A stretch of DNA of 33,331 nucleotides from the NCBI GenBank assembly GCA_046759165.1, contig JBHIBS010000018.1:1-33331 (forward strand). Direction: 5' to 3'. The notes under the pieces were generated by a model. The model was given only the letters and a program-made list of their open reading frames with translations. It was not told the origin of the DNA and did not search any database. This stretch comes from a bacterium. Its GTDB lineage: Bacteria; UBA6262; WVXT01. Positions 9,148 through 18,486 of this stretch are shown piece after piece; the first letter of the stretch is position 1, and each line of letters opens with the position of its first letter. The translations under genes and the position numbers were made by a program.

Positions 9148-9564
9148 TTATGCTATTTCTTTCCCAGTTGTCGCCATAGTCAAAGAGCCGTGTTTTACCC
9201 CCTTTGTTGACTTCAGTCTATAAGCCAACTTCTCAACCTGCTTTGGCTTGCCTTTCACTACCACTATCTCCACACAATTGTTTTCATCCAGGTGAACATG
9301 TTGAGATGAAATGATAATCTGGTGAAAATTGTGCTGTACATCAGTTAGCCTATTTACTAATTCTCTTTTGTGGTGGTTATAGACTAAAGTAATTGCTCCC
9401 ACAATCTCCCTGCCTTCTACCCACTCCTTCTTGACTAAATTTTCCCTAATCAAATCCCCAATCGCTTTAGAGCGAGTAGGATAATCCTTCTCTTTGATAT
9501 GTTTATCAAACTTGGTTAAGAGTTCTTTCTCGACTGATACACCAAAACGAACTAAATATGGCAT
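9148..9564 (-). CDS. nikR: Nickel-responsive transcriptional regulator NikR
   Basis: Ribbon-helix-helix RFGVS..RSKAIGDLIR; Ni ligands QH..HVHLDENNC. Confidence 0.96.
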   Translation of the reverse strand: MPYLVRFGVSVEKELLTKFDKHIKEKDYPTRSKAIGDLIRENLVKKEWVEGREIVGAITLVYNHHKRELVNRLTDVQHNFHQIIISSQHVHLDENNCVEIVVVKGKPKQVEKLAYRLKSTKGVKHGSLTMATTGKEIA

Positions 9565-9579
9565 CTTGATATATCCTTT

Positions 9580-9606
9580 GTACTACTTTTTTTGTAATTG
9601 TAGCAC
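9580..9606. promoter_or_regulatory. Putative NikR operator (autoregulation)
   Basis: GTACTAC-N13-GTAGCAC near-perfect palindrome overlapping the -10 element. Confidence 0.65.
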
Positions 9607-9626
9607 AATCAGCTTATTCATGTCAA
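9597..9626 (-). promoter_or_regulatory. Sigma70-type promoter of nikR
   Basis: TTGACA-N18-TACAAT with extended -10 TGn. Confidence 0.7.
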
Positions 9627-9700
9627 GCATTTTTTCCGGCTCTCTTTTGAGACTTGCTTAAGTCTATTAAAAATCTTTCCTGCAAGACCTATATCTATTC

Positions 9701-10054
9701 CTACTCTCCTTCGATACTTTGTAAGTAAACACTTTTGCCTTGGGTAACTTCTAAATTGTCATTTCCACAGTTAGGACATCGTAAAGAAAAACTTTGCTGA
9801 GGATTTATTTCTTTTCGGCATGACAGGCATCTTGCCTGCAATGGCTCTCTTGTGATTTCTAATTCTGCTTTCTCTACAATAGTACCTGGCATGAGGTGAT
9901 CCATTAAGCTATGCCTCAGAAAGTCCTCCTCAATTCCCGAGACCTCTCCAACTACTACCACAATCTTAGTGACTGCTTTTAGATTATTCTCTTTTGCTTT
10001 ATCCTTTACTATATGGAATAAATCCTGAGCTATACCCAATTCATGCATAACCAC
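9701..10054 (-). CDS. hypA: Hydrogenase nickel metallochaperone HypA
   Basis: MHE motif (likely start ATG 10048), CLSC and CPNC zinc sites. Confidence 0.95.
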   Translation of the reverse strand: MVMHELGIAQDLFHIVKDKAKENNLKAVTKIVVVVGEVSGIEEDFLRHSLMDHLMPGTIVEKAELEITREPLQARCLSCRKEINPQQSFSLRCPNCGNDNLEVTQGKSVYLQSIEGE

Positions 10055-10066
10055 CTCAATTAAAAC

Positions 10067-10167
10067 GGGCTCAATAAATTGAGCCCCTACATAAAATCTA
10101 CAATTTTGTTTGGTAGCCGCAAACTTCAGTTTGCGTTTGAAATGTAGGGGTTCGATTCATCGAACCC
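10067..10167. repeat. Cluster of three GTAG-footed REP hairpins
   Basis: GGGCTCAATAAATTGAGCCC-CTAC (10067-10090); GTAG-CCGCAAACTTCAGTTTGCG (10113-10135); GTAG-GGGTTCGATTCATCGAACCC (10144-10167). Confidence 0.85.
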
Positions 10168-10178
10168 ATTATCCCAGG

Positions 10179-10673
10179 CTAAAGCCGTCGGCTACCCTTT
10201 GAGAAACCTTCCTCCAGTGTCTCAACAATATTTTCTAAACTCTCTCTTACTGGCCGAGAAATTTCTCTCCTGAATTCCACAGTTCTTGGCTGAATTCCCA
10301 GAACGAATACATCTGCAGAGGTCTCTTCCTGTAAGTACTTCGCTACCAGATTCAGGCTCACGTTATGCGTAGAAAGAGACTCGTCCCTTATATCGTCCCT
10401 TTCTATAATCTTTATTGTTCCTGGGGGAGCACCAAGGTCAACCGCATCAATCAAAACTATTGTATCTGGTTTCTCTTTGCCAATCTTTTCTAAATAATTC
10501 TCAGGAACTTCACCGACATCAAACAGAAATAGAGTAGGTAACGGATTCTTTAATCTGTTTATTATCTCTGGACCGACTCCATCGTCGCCACGCAAAGGAT
10601 TCCCAATGCCCACAATCAATGCCTTGCCCTGGAGTCTATTTTTGAGTTTTGCCAGTTGACTATTATGAGACAA
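10179..10673 (-). CDS. Hydrogenase maturation endopeptidase (HycI-like)
   Basis: VGIGNPLRGDDGVG, VPEN, IDAVD, STH; start uncertain (TTG 10673 chosen, just after the upstream stop). Confidence 0.9.
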   Translation of the reverse strand: MSHNSQLAKLKNRLQGKALIVGIGNPLRGDDGVGPEIINRLKNPLPTLFLFDVGEVPENYLEKIGKEKPDTIVLIDAVDLGAPPGTIKIIERDDIRDESLSTHNVSLNLVAKYLQEETSADVFVLGIQPRTVEFRREISRPVRESLENIVETLEEGFSKGSRRL

Positions 10674-10674
10674 T

Positions 10675-11301
10675 TTACTCTTCCAGTTTCTTTTTACCCC
10701 AGATATCCTCAAGCAGAACCTCTCGACGGCACCTGGGACAGAGGATGCGAAAGATGTGGGCCCTCCTCAAAGGAGGACCTATTATTGGTGGGGCTTTTAC
10801 CAACTCCAGCTCTCCAGATGCGGTGAGTAGTAAAGGCATATTACCGTATGCCAGAGGTCCGAGCTTCTTCGCCAAAAAGTAAAGGTGGTCTTTAGCGCCA
10901 ATCACCTTGCCACACTCTTCACAAACTAACAGTTCCTTTTCTACTTTGACTGTAGCCTCATCTCTATTAAAGAGGGCCAAATCGTACTCCCCAGTGAGCT
11001 TGATTCCCTTTTCAGTAATGCAATTCGCCTGGCACTGACCACAGAAAATACAGATGTCAAAATGCAAAACGAATTTCCGCATTGGTGGCTTTGCTTTAGT
11101 ATCATCTATGACATCGATTGCTGTTGCCGGACAGACTTCAGCACAGGCAGAACAGCCCACACAATCTTTCTCATAAAATTCGGGCTTCCCCCGGAACTTC
11201 TCAGGGGGTAGGTGGGGTTCATAAGGAAACTTCGTTGTATAGGGACCCTTTATGATTGCTTTAATTGCTTCTTTTAATTCCCGTAATTTCGGATACTTCA
11301 T
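10675..11301 (-). CDS. 2[4Fe-4S] subunit of membrane-bound hydrogenase (NuoI/MbhN-like) with C-terminal Cys extension
   Basis: CVGCSACAEVCP, CIFCGQCQANC, extra CEEC and CPRC; SD AGGTG before ATG 11301. Confidence 0.9.
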   Translation of the reverse strand: MKYPKLRELKEAIKAIIKGPYTTKFPYEPHLPPEKFRGKPEFYEKDCVGCSACAEVCPATAIDVIDDTKAKPPMRKFVLHFDICIFCGQCQANCITEKGIKLTGEYDLALFNRDEATVKVEKELLVCEECGKVIGAKDHLYFLAKKLGPLAYGNMPLLLTASGELELVKAPPIIGPPLRRAHIFRILCPRCRREVLLEDIWGKKKLEE

Positions 11302-11314
11302 AATACACCTACAG

Positions 11315-11641
11315 CTATTTTTTGTCTTCTTGGTATTTATCGCAAACTGACTTCTCCCAGAGCCTAACTCCAAAAAGATGCGCACCTCGGGCTAAGGCAT
11401 GGGCGGCAGTGGGAGCAGTAAGAAAGATAAAAGGAATACAGACTAGTGCCTTTATTCCTAAACTGTTAAACCCTTGCATAATGAAAATCCCAAACATGAT
11501 TCCACAGGTCCCCAATGTGACACACTTTGTGGCTGCCTGGAGACGATTATAAACATCGGGTAATCTCACAAGCCCTATACAACCAAATGTATCAAAAACT
11601 ACCCCAACCACAATAATAATCTTTCCTATAGTCTCATTCAT
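11315..11641 (-). CDS. mnhG: Mrp antiporter subunit G-like (MbhC-like)
   Basis: GLVRLPDVYNRLQAATKCVTLG, TAPTAAHALARGA. Confidence 0.92.
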   Translation of the reverse strand: MNETIGKIIIVVGVVFDTFGCIGLVRLPDVYNRLQAATKCVTLGTCGIMFGIFIMQGFNSLGIKALVCIPFIFLTAPTAAHALARGAHLFGVRLWEKSVCDKYQEDKK

Positions 11642-11888
11642 TAAATTTCCTCCCTGAGAGATACTTCGCCAAAGCTAAGGTACCAACGAAACCCAAAAAT
11701 ATCCAGGCTAAAGCAACATCAATTAGAAACTTCCTTTTTGTATAGACCGCCAACAGTGCACAAATTCCAACTACCAGAATAGCCATAATATCAATGGCCA
11801 CCATACGGTCAGGGATAGTCAGACCGCGCCAGGCCCTATACAAACAGAAGAAACATAAAATTACTAAAATTAGAATCAAAATTTGCAT
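11634..11888 (-). CDS. mnhF: Mrp antiporter subunit F-like (MbhB-like)
   Basis: GLTIPDRMVAID, IDVAL, FVGTLALAKYL. Confidence 0.9.
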   Translation of the reverse strand: MQILILILVILCFFCLYRAWRGLTIPDRMVAIDIMAILVVGICALLAVYTKRKFLIDVALAWIFLGFVGTLALAKYLSGRKFNE

Positions 11889-11909
11889 CTAACTATTCTC
11901 CGCTCAAAT

Positions 11910-12395
11910 TTAATCAAATATCTTTGCCAGTATCTTCTCAAAACGACCAACAATAAGTTTGGTTGCTTCGGGCACCTCTTGTGAACGAACATTAATCCAA
12001 TGAATATACAAATATTCATCCTTAGTATCTACACTCAAGGTCCCAGGGGTCATGGTAATCGAATTGGCAAGACATGCCTTTGCCATATCACTCTTTAACT
12101 GTGTCTTTACCTTTACAATCCCGGGGTGAATAGGCATTCTTGGATGGAGCACCCGATAAGCCACATCAAAATTTGCCTTAATGCATTCCCATAAGAATAT
12201 AGGTACGTAGTAGCAGAACCACAAATATCTTTTTATCTGGAAGGATTTCTTAGGTTGTTGTACAAAAATATTACCGAAAAGAAAAGCTACTAAAAAGGCA
12301 ACACCCGTCCCGATCAGGAGATGTTGCCAATCTAAGGTTGAGGTCACTAACAGCCAAAAAAGAAAAGCCACAATAAACAGAATAATCCTTTTCAT
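11910..12395 (-). CDS. mnhE: Mrp antiporter subunit E-like (MbhA-like)
   Basis: KANFDVA, PGIV, LANSITMTPGTL, YIHWI. Confidence 0.93.
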   Translation of the reverse strand: MKRIILFIVAFLFWLLVTSTLDWQHLLIGTGVAFLVAFLFGNIFVQQPKKSFQIKRYLWFCYYVPIFLWECIKANFDVAYRVLHPRMPIHPGIVKVKTQLKSDMAKACLANSITMTPGTLSVDTKDEYLYIHWINVRSQEVPEATKLIVGRFEKILAKIFD

Positions 12396-12452
12396 TTTCT
12401 TTGATACCTCTTAGAATCCTTTAATAATAATGCTGCTCGGACTGCATATTTT

Positions 12453-13946
12453 TCAGCTTCCTAATACAAGTTGTGCATACCTGGCACCATTATGCAATGC
12501 TTCAACTGCTGGATCCAGAATAATCGCCTTTATTCCCGGGATGAGCAATATTCCCAATCCCACACAAAGTATAGCCAGAATAATCATTGAAATGCACATA
12601 ACCGCTGGTACTTCTTTTATGTCTTGCCATGCTGTACCTAATTTGCCGAAAAAGGCCAATTTTTGCACCTTAAGGTAGTACGCCAGAGTAATAACGCTTA
12701 CCAAAACTGCCAATAAGGCAAATATGAACTGTTGAGCTTGGATGGCAGCAATAATTATAATCAACTTACTCCAAAAACCACTTAATGGTGGGATCCCAGA
12801 AATCGACATGGAAGCAATCATAGAAGTTGTTCCGGTAACTGGCATCCTTTGAGAAAGCCCACCCATCTTCTCTAAATCTCGGTTTCCCGTTGAGTAGACA
12901 ACTGCTCCTGAATTCAAGAAAAGAAGGGACTTAAAAGTAGCATGGTTCAAAAGATGAAATAAGCCTCCCAAAAATCCTAAGGGGGTGCCCAGACCGAACG
13001 CTAAGATGATATAGCCAATCTGGCTAATGCTCGAATAAGCTAACAATCGCTTAAAGTCCCGCTGGCCCAGAGCCAGCAGTGACCCCGCAACCATGGAAAG
13101 AGTTCCTAGGACCATCAAGATATACAAGAACGAACTCATTTCCCCCAATCCCAGTACGTTAAACAGGACCCGACAGAGGGCATAAACTCCGATCGCCTTG
13201 ATTAACACACCAGAAAGCATTGCTGATATGGGTGCTGGCGCAGAAGGATGGGCATCAGGCAACCAGGCATGAAAAGGCATAATTGCTGCTTTGAGACCAA
13301 AACCCATTAAGAAAAGAGCGCCAATAAAAAAGACTGTGGGAGTGGTGCCCTGCTGACCAATTATTCTTCCCATATCAGCCATATTTAAAGTTCCTGTTAA
13401 ACTATAGGCTATGGCAATTCCAAAAAGAATGAAACAGGAAGCAACTGTGCCCAACACTTGATACTTAAATGCTGCTTCCAATTCCTCAGCTTCAGTACCA
13501 AAGGCAACTAATGCATAGGAAGCAATGGCAGCCACTTCCATGAATACGAAAATATTGAACATATCGCCGCTCAAGACCACACCGTTCATCCCAGCAATCA
13601 TTAGTAAGAATAAGGTATAATATCTCGGCTTATCAGTATACCTTTCCATATAAGCAATAGAATAGAATGTGGCCAGAAAGCCAATCCCATTGACGATAAG
13701 AAGCATCAGCACTGCCAAACCATCGAGGACCAAGTAGATACCAATAGGTATTCCCTTTACTGCTTCCCATCCACCTATTTTGTAGACCACCAATCCCTGT
13801 TTTGTAGCAAGTAAAGCCAGAACCAAGAGACTAAAGTTTACTAAATTGGCCAGAATATCTGGAATCTTTCTTGCTATCCTGCCTAACAGAGTCATCAAGA
13901 ATGCTGCACCCAAAGGAATAGCAATAAATAAGACAATGAGATTCAT
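12453..13946 (-). CDS. mnhD: Proton-conducting antiporter-like subunit (MrpD/MbhH-like)
   Basis: DMFNIFVFMEV, KAAIMPFHAWLPDAH, KRLLAYSSISQIGY, GIPPLSGFWSK. Confidence 0.9.
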   Translation of the reverse strand: MNLIVLFIAIPLGAAFLMTLLGRIARKIPDILANLVNFSLLVLALLATKQGLVVYKIGGWEAVKGIPIGIYLVLDGLAVLMLLIVNGIGFLATFYSIAYMERYTDKPRYYTLFLLMIAGMNGVVLSGDMFNIFVFMEVAAIASYALVAFGTEAEELEAAFKYQVLGTVASCFILFGIAIAYSLTGTLNMADMGRIIGQQGTTPTVFFIGALFLMGFGLKAAIMPFHAWLPDAHPSAPAPISAMLSGVLIKAIGVYALCRVLFNVLGLGEMSSFLYILMVLGTLSMVAGSLLALGQRDFKRLLAYSSISQIGYIILAFGLGTPLGFLGGLFHLLNHATFKSLLFLNSGAVVYSTGNRDLEKMGGLSQRMPVTGTTSMIASMSISGIPPLSGFWSKLIIIIAAIQAQQFIFALLAVLVSVITLAYYLKVQKLAFFGKLGTAWQDIKEVPAVMCISMIILAILCVGLGILLIPGIKAIILDPAVEALHNGARYAQLVLGS

Positions 13947-14278
13947 CCCTTTAATCTCCTTATTTTCCTTATATCAAATGTTCCATGCTTTTCGTAAATT
14001 CGCACGGCAATAGAAACCAAAAGAGCCATAACCCCCAAGCCGATGACGATTGCCGTAAGAACTAATGCTTGAGGCAGAGGGTCAACAAACAAAGCTTTTT
14101 CAAACCCTTTACTGATAATTGGCGCTGTCCCTCCTTTCTGATAACCAATAATTGCAAAGAAGAGAAAGAGAGCATATTCCATGATGCTGAGTCCAATAAT
14201 TATCTTAATTAAGTTCCTCTTAACTAAAACACCATATAAACCAATTAATAGTAGCAGTGCACATAATAAATAGATCAT
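13943..14278 (-). CDS. mnhC: Mrp antiporter subunit C-like (MbhG-like)
   Basis: NLIKIIIGL, DPLPQALVLTAIVIG. Confidence 0.93.
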   Translation of the reverse strand: MIYLLCALLLLIGLYGVLVKRNLIKIIIGLSIMEYALFLFFAIIGYQKGGTAPIISKGFEKALFVDPLPQALVLTAIVIGLGVMALLVSIAVRIYEKHGTFDIRKIRRLKG

Positions 14279-14712
14279 TCCTTGTCCCCTTTCCCTTTTA
14301 AGACTGCCAAAGTAATGAAAATTGCAAACAGAGCCGCCCCAACCTCAATGCCAATACCAATATTACAAGGAAGGATAATACCCGCACTGAAAAGCCTGAG
14401 TGGTCTCCCCTTAGAGAGAAGGTTCAGAAAAAAGAAAGTGCCTCCAAAAACACCTAACATGGCTAAAAACCAGAAGATAAATATACCCAAACTTTCACCT
14501 AAAGACGCCCGCCATTTTTTTATCTCTGTTGATAACTCTTCTGAACCCTCTGCTAACACTAATAAAACAAATGCACCAGCAATGATTACCCCTCCAGCAA
14601 AACCTCCTCCTGGAGTAAGATGGCCATGAAACACTACGTAAATCCCGTATAAAAAGATTATTCCAGCAATCAATCTGGTAATTGTCTTTACTATGAGCGT
14701 CATTCCTCTCAT
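14275..14712 (-). CDS. mnhB: MnhB-domain subunit (MbhF-like)
   Basis: HGHLTPGGGFAGG, ESLG, LFSAG, IGIEV. Confidence 0.9.
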   Translation of the reverse strand: MRGMTLIVKTITRLIAGIIFLYGIYVVFHGHLTPGGGFAGGVIIAGAFVLLVLAEGSEELSTEIKKWRASLGESLGIFIFWFLAMLGVFGGTFFFLNLLSKGRPLRLFSAGIILPCNIGIGIEVGAALFAIFITLAVLKGKGDKE

Positions 14713-14771
14713 TTATACTCTCCCGTTTTGCTTAGAGGAACTCTTTTTGTGAGCCCCCCTCATCTCGTCGG

Positions 14772-14827
14772 GTAGGGGTTCGATTCATCGAATCCGCAAA
14801 AACGGGCTCAATAAATTGAGCCCCTAC
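14772..14827. repeat. REPIN (inverted pair of GTAG REPs)
   Basis: GTAG-GGGTTCGATTCATCGAATCC, 8-nt spacer, GGGCTCAATAAATTGAGCCC-CTAC. Confidence 0.88.
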
Positions 14828-14841
14828 ATTTGATTCGGTAA

Positions 14842-15378
14842 TCATTCCCTGGTTCGACGACCTATTTTTCGGAGCACGGCAATCACTCCCATCACAGCAG
14901 TAAACAATACAGTAGCCTCGCCCAAGGTATCATAGCCTCGAAAATCAAGGATTACTGCAGCAACCAAATTGCTCGCTCCTGTCTTTGTTAGACCTAAGGA
15001 GAGATAATTACGTGCCATCCTCATTATCGGATGGCCAAACTGAGGCAACTCTCTAAACGCTTGATTCACAAAGAATAGAAAGAGCCCCAAAAAACCGAGA
15101 CCGCATAAATATATGAAGATTTTTCTCACACCCCGTGTTTCAGCAGTATCCTCTCTTGTAGTTTTCAATATTGCAGCAATTAGAATAATAAGAGCTAAGG
15201 TTTCAACTACAATCTGGACAATAGCTAAATCGGGTGCCTGTAGAATCAAAAATACAAGGACCAGAGCAAATCCAACAATGCCCAAAGAGATAACTGCTGA
15301 GAGAAGATCCCTTCCTTCTAAAGCAACAATGGCTCCAAGAATCATCAAGATTAAGAGTAGAATTAGAATCGTCAACAT
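14842..15378 (-). CDS. Fused DUF4040 + MrpB N-terminal subunit (MbhD-MbhE-like)
   Basis: QAPDLAIVQIVVE and NLVAAVILDFRGYDTLGE in one ORF. Confidence 0.85.
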   Translation of the reverse strand: MLTILILLLILMILGAIVALEGRDLLSAVISLGIVGFALVLVFLILQAPDLAIVQIVVETLALIILIAAILKTTREDTAETRGVRKIFIYLCGLGFLGLFLFFVNQAFRELPQFGHPIMRMARNYLSLGLTKTGASNLVAAVILDFRGYDTLGEATVLFTAVMGVIAVLRKIGRRTRE

Positions 15379-15382
15379 TTCC

Positions 15383-17206
15383 TTAACCTTTTACCAACGT
15401 GAAGAATATAATTACCGTTCCAATTAGCACCCATATTAAGTATGTGGTCAAGACACCTGTATGTATTTTCTTTAATCCCTTGGTAAACAGAGAGACAACT
15501 CTCGTTCCTTGGTCATAAATATCGAAAAGTTTCTTTTCAGCCTTTCTATAGATTTCTTTAAATGTTCCCATGTCCCTTATTGTATCATAGAAGTCCACCC
15601 CGGTTACACGGCTATCTTCAGAAATTACCTCACCACCAATATAAGCCGTATCCATCCGTAAGCCCTTAATATTACCTATCCAATAGATAATTACTCCCAA
15701 AATAATTCCGATAACAATCAGTAAAGTCGCAAGACTTGGCGACCAGAAACCAAGGAAAGACACCCCAGGAACTGCAGGCAAAATAAAATTCTTTAAAGGA
15801 ATCTTGTATGCAAAAACACCAAAAATTACACATAGCACTGCCAATATCGCCATAGGCATCCACATAGCAAACGAAACCTCATTTCGTTTTGGTGCTGGGC
15901 GATAGGTAGTGGGCGATGGGGAGCCTAAAAACACAGAGTGTATCAATTTCATAAAACTAGCCAAAGTCAATGCGCTCCCGAATATTGCTGCCACTAACCA
16001 AATAATCCAGAACCTAGACACCAATCCCTGACTGTGGGTCTCTGTTTCTATTATCCCTTGATAGATCATCCATTTGGAGATAAATCCGTTAAGAGGAGGT
16101 ACTCCAGAGATAGATAAGCCAGCTACCAAGCAGGCACCAAAGGTTATGGGCATTGTTTTAGCCAGCCCTCCGAGATTATCAAATTCTGTAGTCTTTATTC
16201 TATTCTCTACTGCCCCACAAGATAAGAAAAGACAACTCGTCCAAATAGAGGTAGATAACAGATAAAATAATCCGCCGGCAATCCCTACAGAATTTCCAGT
16301 GGCAATTGCCACCACCATATAGCCAGCAGCACTAATATTTAAATAAGCAATGAGCTTTCTTATCTCCTTCTGTACTAAAGCAGCCATCACTGAAGCTACC
16401 AAAGTAAATGTGCCAAGAAGCATTAACACAAGACCCATTGCATTATTTATCTGAAACAGATGCAAGGCTATTCTTCCCAGAAGGTAGATACCTATCAATT
16501 TATCTAACGAAGCTGGTAAGAATGCAGTCACTGATGTCGGTGCGGTCTCGGCCATATCCGGAATCCAGGTATGCAATGGCATTGCCCCAACTTTGGCAAA
16601 CACAGCCATCACTAACGTGAGAAAAGCTATGATGGACAACTCCCCAGAAATAGGGATAATAATTTTATCCATCTCAAACGATCTGGTTAAAAACCAGATA
16701 ATCCCAACACCCAAGATCATTAAAGCATCAGACCCGCCAACAATTATGAAACTCTTTTTTGCTGCAGCAGAAGCTTCAGGTCCTCCAATTCCAATGAGTA
16801 AGTAGAGAGTCAAGCCAAGAAATCCCCAAAAAACCAGAAGTAGAATCAGATTGTTTGTTAAGATTGCCCCGCAAGCCCCACCAATTGTCCAGAGAAGATA
16901 AGTATAGTATTCGTTTAAGCGCTCTTTGCCTGCCATATATTTTAGTGAATATAGAATAATCAAAACTCCAAAAAGACCAATAGCTAAAAGAATAAATCCA
17001 CTAAGATTGTCGACTTTCAAAAGAAGGAGATTATTGTGAGTCCACTCAACAGGCTTACGCAGAAAACTAACTATAGTGAGATAGAAAGTTACGAGTGAAC
17101 CGCCTATCGCCAACCATTCTCTAAGCTTACTTAACTTTTTGGGAAGCACCAAACAGAATAGTCCCACTATAAATGGAATAATAATGAGATAAAGCACAGG
17201 ATTCAA
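15383..17206 (-). CDS. Second antiporter-like subunit (NuoL/MrpA-like)
   Basis: KVGAMPLHTWIPD, LPASLDK, GVPPLNGFISKW, C-terminal HTGVLTTY; start moved to TTG 17206 because the track start lies inside a REP. Confidence 0.88.
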   Translation of the reverse strand: MNPVLYLIIIPFIVGLFCLVLPKKLSKLREWLAIGGSLVTFYLTIVSFLRKPVEWTHNNLLLLKVDNLSGFILLAIGLFGVLIILYSLKYMAGKERLNEYYTYLLWTIGGACGAILTNNLILLLVFWGFLGLTLYLLIGIGGPEASAAAKKSFIIVGGSDALMILGVGIIWFLTRSFEMDKIIIPISGELSIIAFLTLVMAVFAKVGAMPLHTWIPDMAETAPTSVTAFLPASLDKLIGIYLLGRIALHLFQINNAMGLVLMLLGTFTLVASVMAALVQKEIRKLIAYLNISAAGYMVVAIATGNSVGIAGGLFYLLSTSIWTSCLFLSCGAVENRIKTTEFDNLGGLAKTMPITFGACLVAGLSISGVPPLNGFISKWMIYQGIIETETHSQGLVSRFWIIWLVAAIFGSALTLASFMKLIHSVFLGSPSPTTYRPAPKRNEVSFAMWMPMAILAVLCVIFGVFAYKIPLKNFILPAVPGVSFLGFWSPSLATLLIVIGIILGVIIYWIGNIKGLRMDTAYIGGEVISEDSRVTGVDFYDTIRDMGTFKEIYRKAEKKLFDIYDQGTRVVSLFTKGLKKIHTGVLTTYLIWVLIGTVIIFFTLVKG

Positions 17207-17230
17207 TATCTTCCCATCCTTTTCGACATT

Positions 17231-17284
17231 GTAGGGGCTCAATTTATTGAGCCCGCTTGCGGGTTTGATAAATCAAACGCCTAC
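17231..17284. repeat. REPIN (inverted pair of GTAG REPs)
   Basis: GTAG-GGGCTCAATTTATTGAGCCC, 6-nt spacer, GGGTTTGATAAATCAAACGC-CTAC. Confidence 0.88.
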
Positions 17285-18486
17285 AATAAATCTCTAATTT
17301 TTTCCATCTCCTTCTTAATCTTGAAGGTTTTTTCTTGAGATAACTTTATCAGGTCCTGACCGGTCAGATCTTTCTTTCCGGTCTTTTTATCCACAACTGC
17401 CACTCTTTCCGTGCAACAGTAGCAGGGGTCTACAGCAGCCAGGGTTATTGTGGCATCGGAAATAGTTCCACCGACTACCGATTTCTTATTAGTGGGAACA
17501 TTCATATAGCTGGGAGCCCTAATCTTATATCTTACTGGACGGTTACTGCCGTCACTCCGCACATAATGAAAAACTTCGCCCCTCGGAGCCTCGTGGTGAC
17601 CAATCCCTTCCCCAGGAGGAATCTCCTTAACCTTGGCATCTATCTCCCCACCAACTACTTTTAACCTTTCCAGACACTGCTTGATAATCTTTACTGATTC
17701 ATACATTTCCAGTATCCTGACCACGACCTTGGCAAAAACATCTCCCTCTGGACGCGTTATTGCTTTCCAGTCAACCAGAGGATAGGCAGCGTAAGGGTCG
17801 TCTTTTCTGACATCTATTGCCACACCTGAAGCCCGGGCTGTGGGACCAAGCGCTCCATACTCAATCACATCCTCCCTGGTTAAAACCCCCACTCCTTTTG
17901 TTCTGGCAGCGATTACAGGGTCATCCATTACCGCTCCCCTGAACATATCCAGTACCGGAAGCAAATCATCCACCATTTTCATTATGTGAGGAATATCATT
18001 ATTATCAATATCCCTTCTAACACCACCCGCTTTCATCATTGCATAATGGTTACGATTGCCTGAAATTCTTTCACAAATATCAAGCACAGGCTCCCGGTAT
18101 TTCCAGGCCCACATCCATACTGTATTGTAACCTATAAAGTGACCCGCAAGTCCCAGCCAAAGTAAATGTGAATGGAGTCTTTCCAGTTCAGCAATGATAC
18201 TTCGAATATATAGCGCACGTTCAGGAACTTTTATATTGCCCAAATCCTCCATTGCATTTACAGAGGCGATGGGATGCGATGTGGAGCAGATACCACAAAC
18301 ACGCTCCACCAGGAAAATTACCTGGTCGTAACTCTTCGCTTCAGCAACTTTCTCAATTCCCCGGTGATTATATCCTATTTCTATCTCCAGCTCCACAACA
18401 TTTTCACCCTCCACAAGGAGCTTAAAGAATTCCGGCTCTTCTTGTAAAGGATGGTATGGCCCAACAGGAATAATCGTCTTAGCCAT
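17281..18486 (-). CDS. Group 4 [NiFe] hydrogenase large subunit
   Basis: GYNHRGIEK, L1 RVCGICSTSH, EAPRGE, L2 DPCYCCTER followed by a 40-aa C-terminal extension. Confidence 0.95.
   Translation of the reverse strand: MAKTIIPVGPYHPLQEEPEFFKLLVEGENVVELEIEIGYNHRGIEKVAEAKSYDQVIFLVERVCGICSTSHPIASVNAMEDLGNIKVPERALYIRSIIAELERLHSHLLWLGLAGHFIGYNTVWMWAWKYREPVLDICERISGNRNHYAMMKAGGVRRDIDNNDIPHIMKMVDDLLPVLDMFRGAVMDDPVIAARTKGVGVLTREDVIEYGALGPTARASGVAIDVRKDDPYAAYPLVDWKAITRPEGDVFAKVVVRILEMYESVKIIKQCLERLKVVGGEIDAKVKEIPPGEGIGHHEAPRGEVFHYVRSDGSNRPVRYKIRAPSYMNVPTNKKSVVGGTISDATITLAAVDPCYCCTERVAVVDKKTGKKDLTGQDLIKLSQEKTFKIKKEMEKIRDLL

Noticed and set aside
17281-18486. Mbx/Mbs-like (non-hydrogenase) or [NiFeSe] enzyme
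   Set aside because: Both CxxC motifs intact, cleavable tail and protease present, no in-frame TGA
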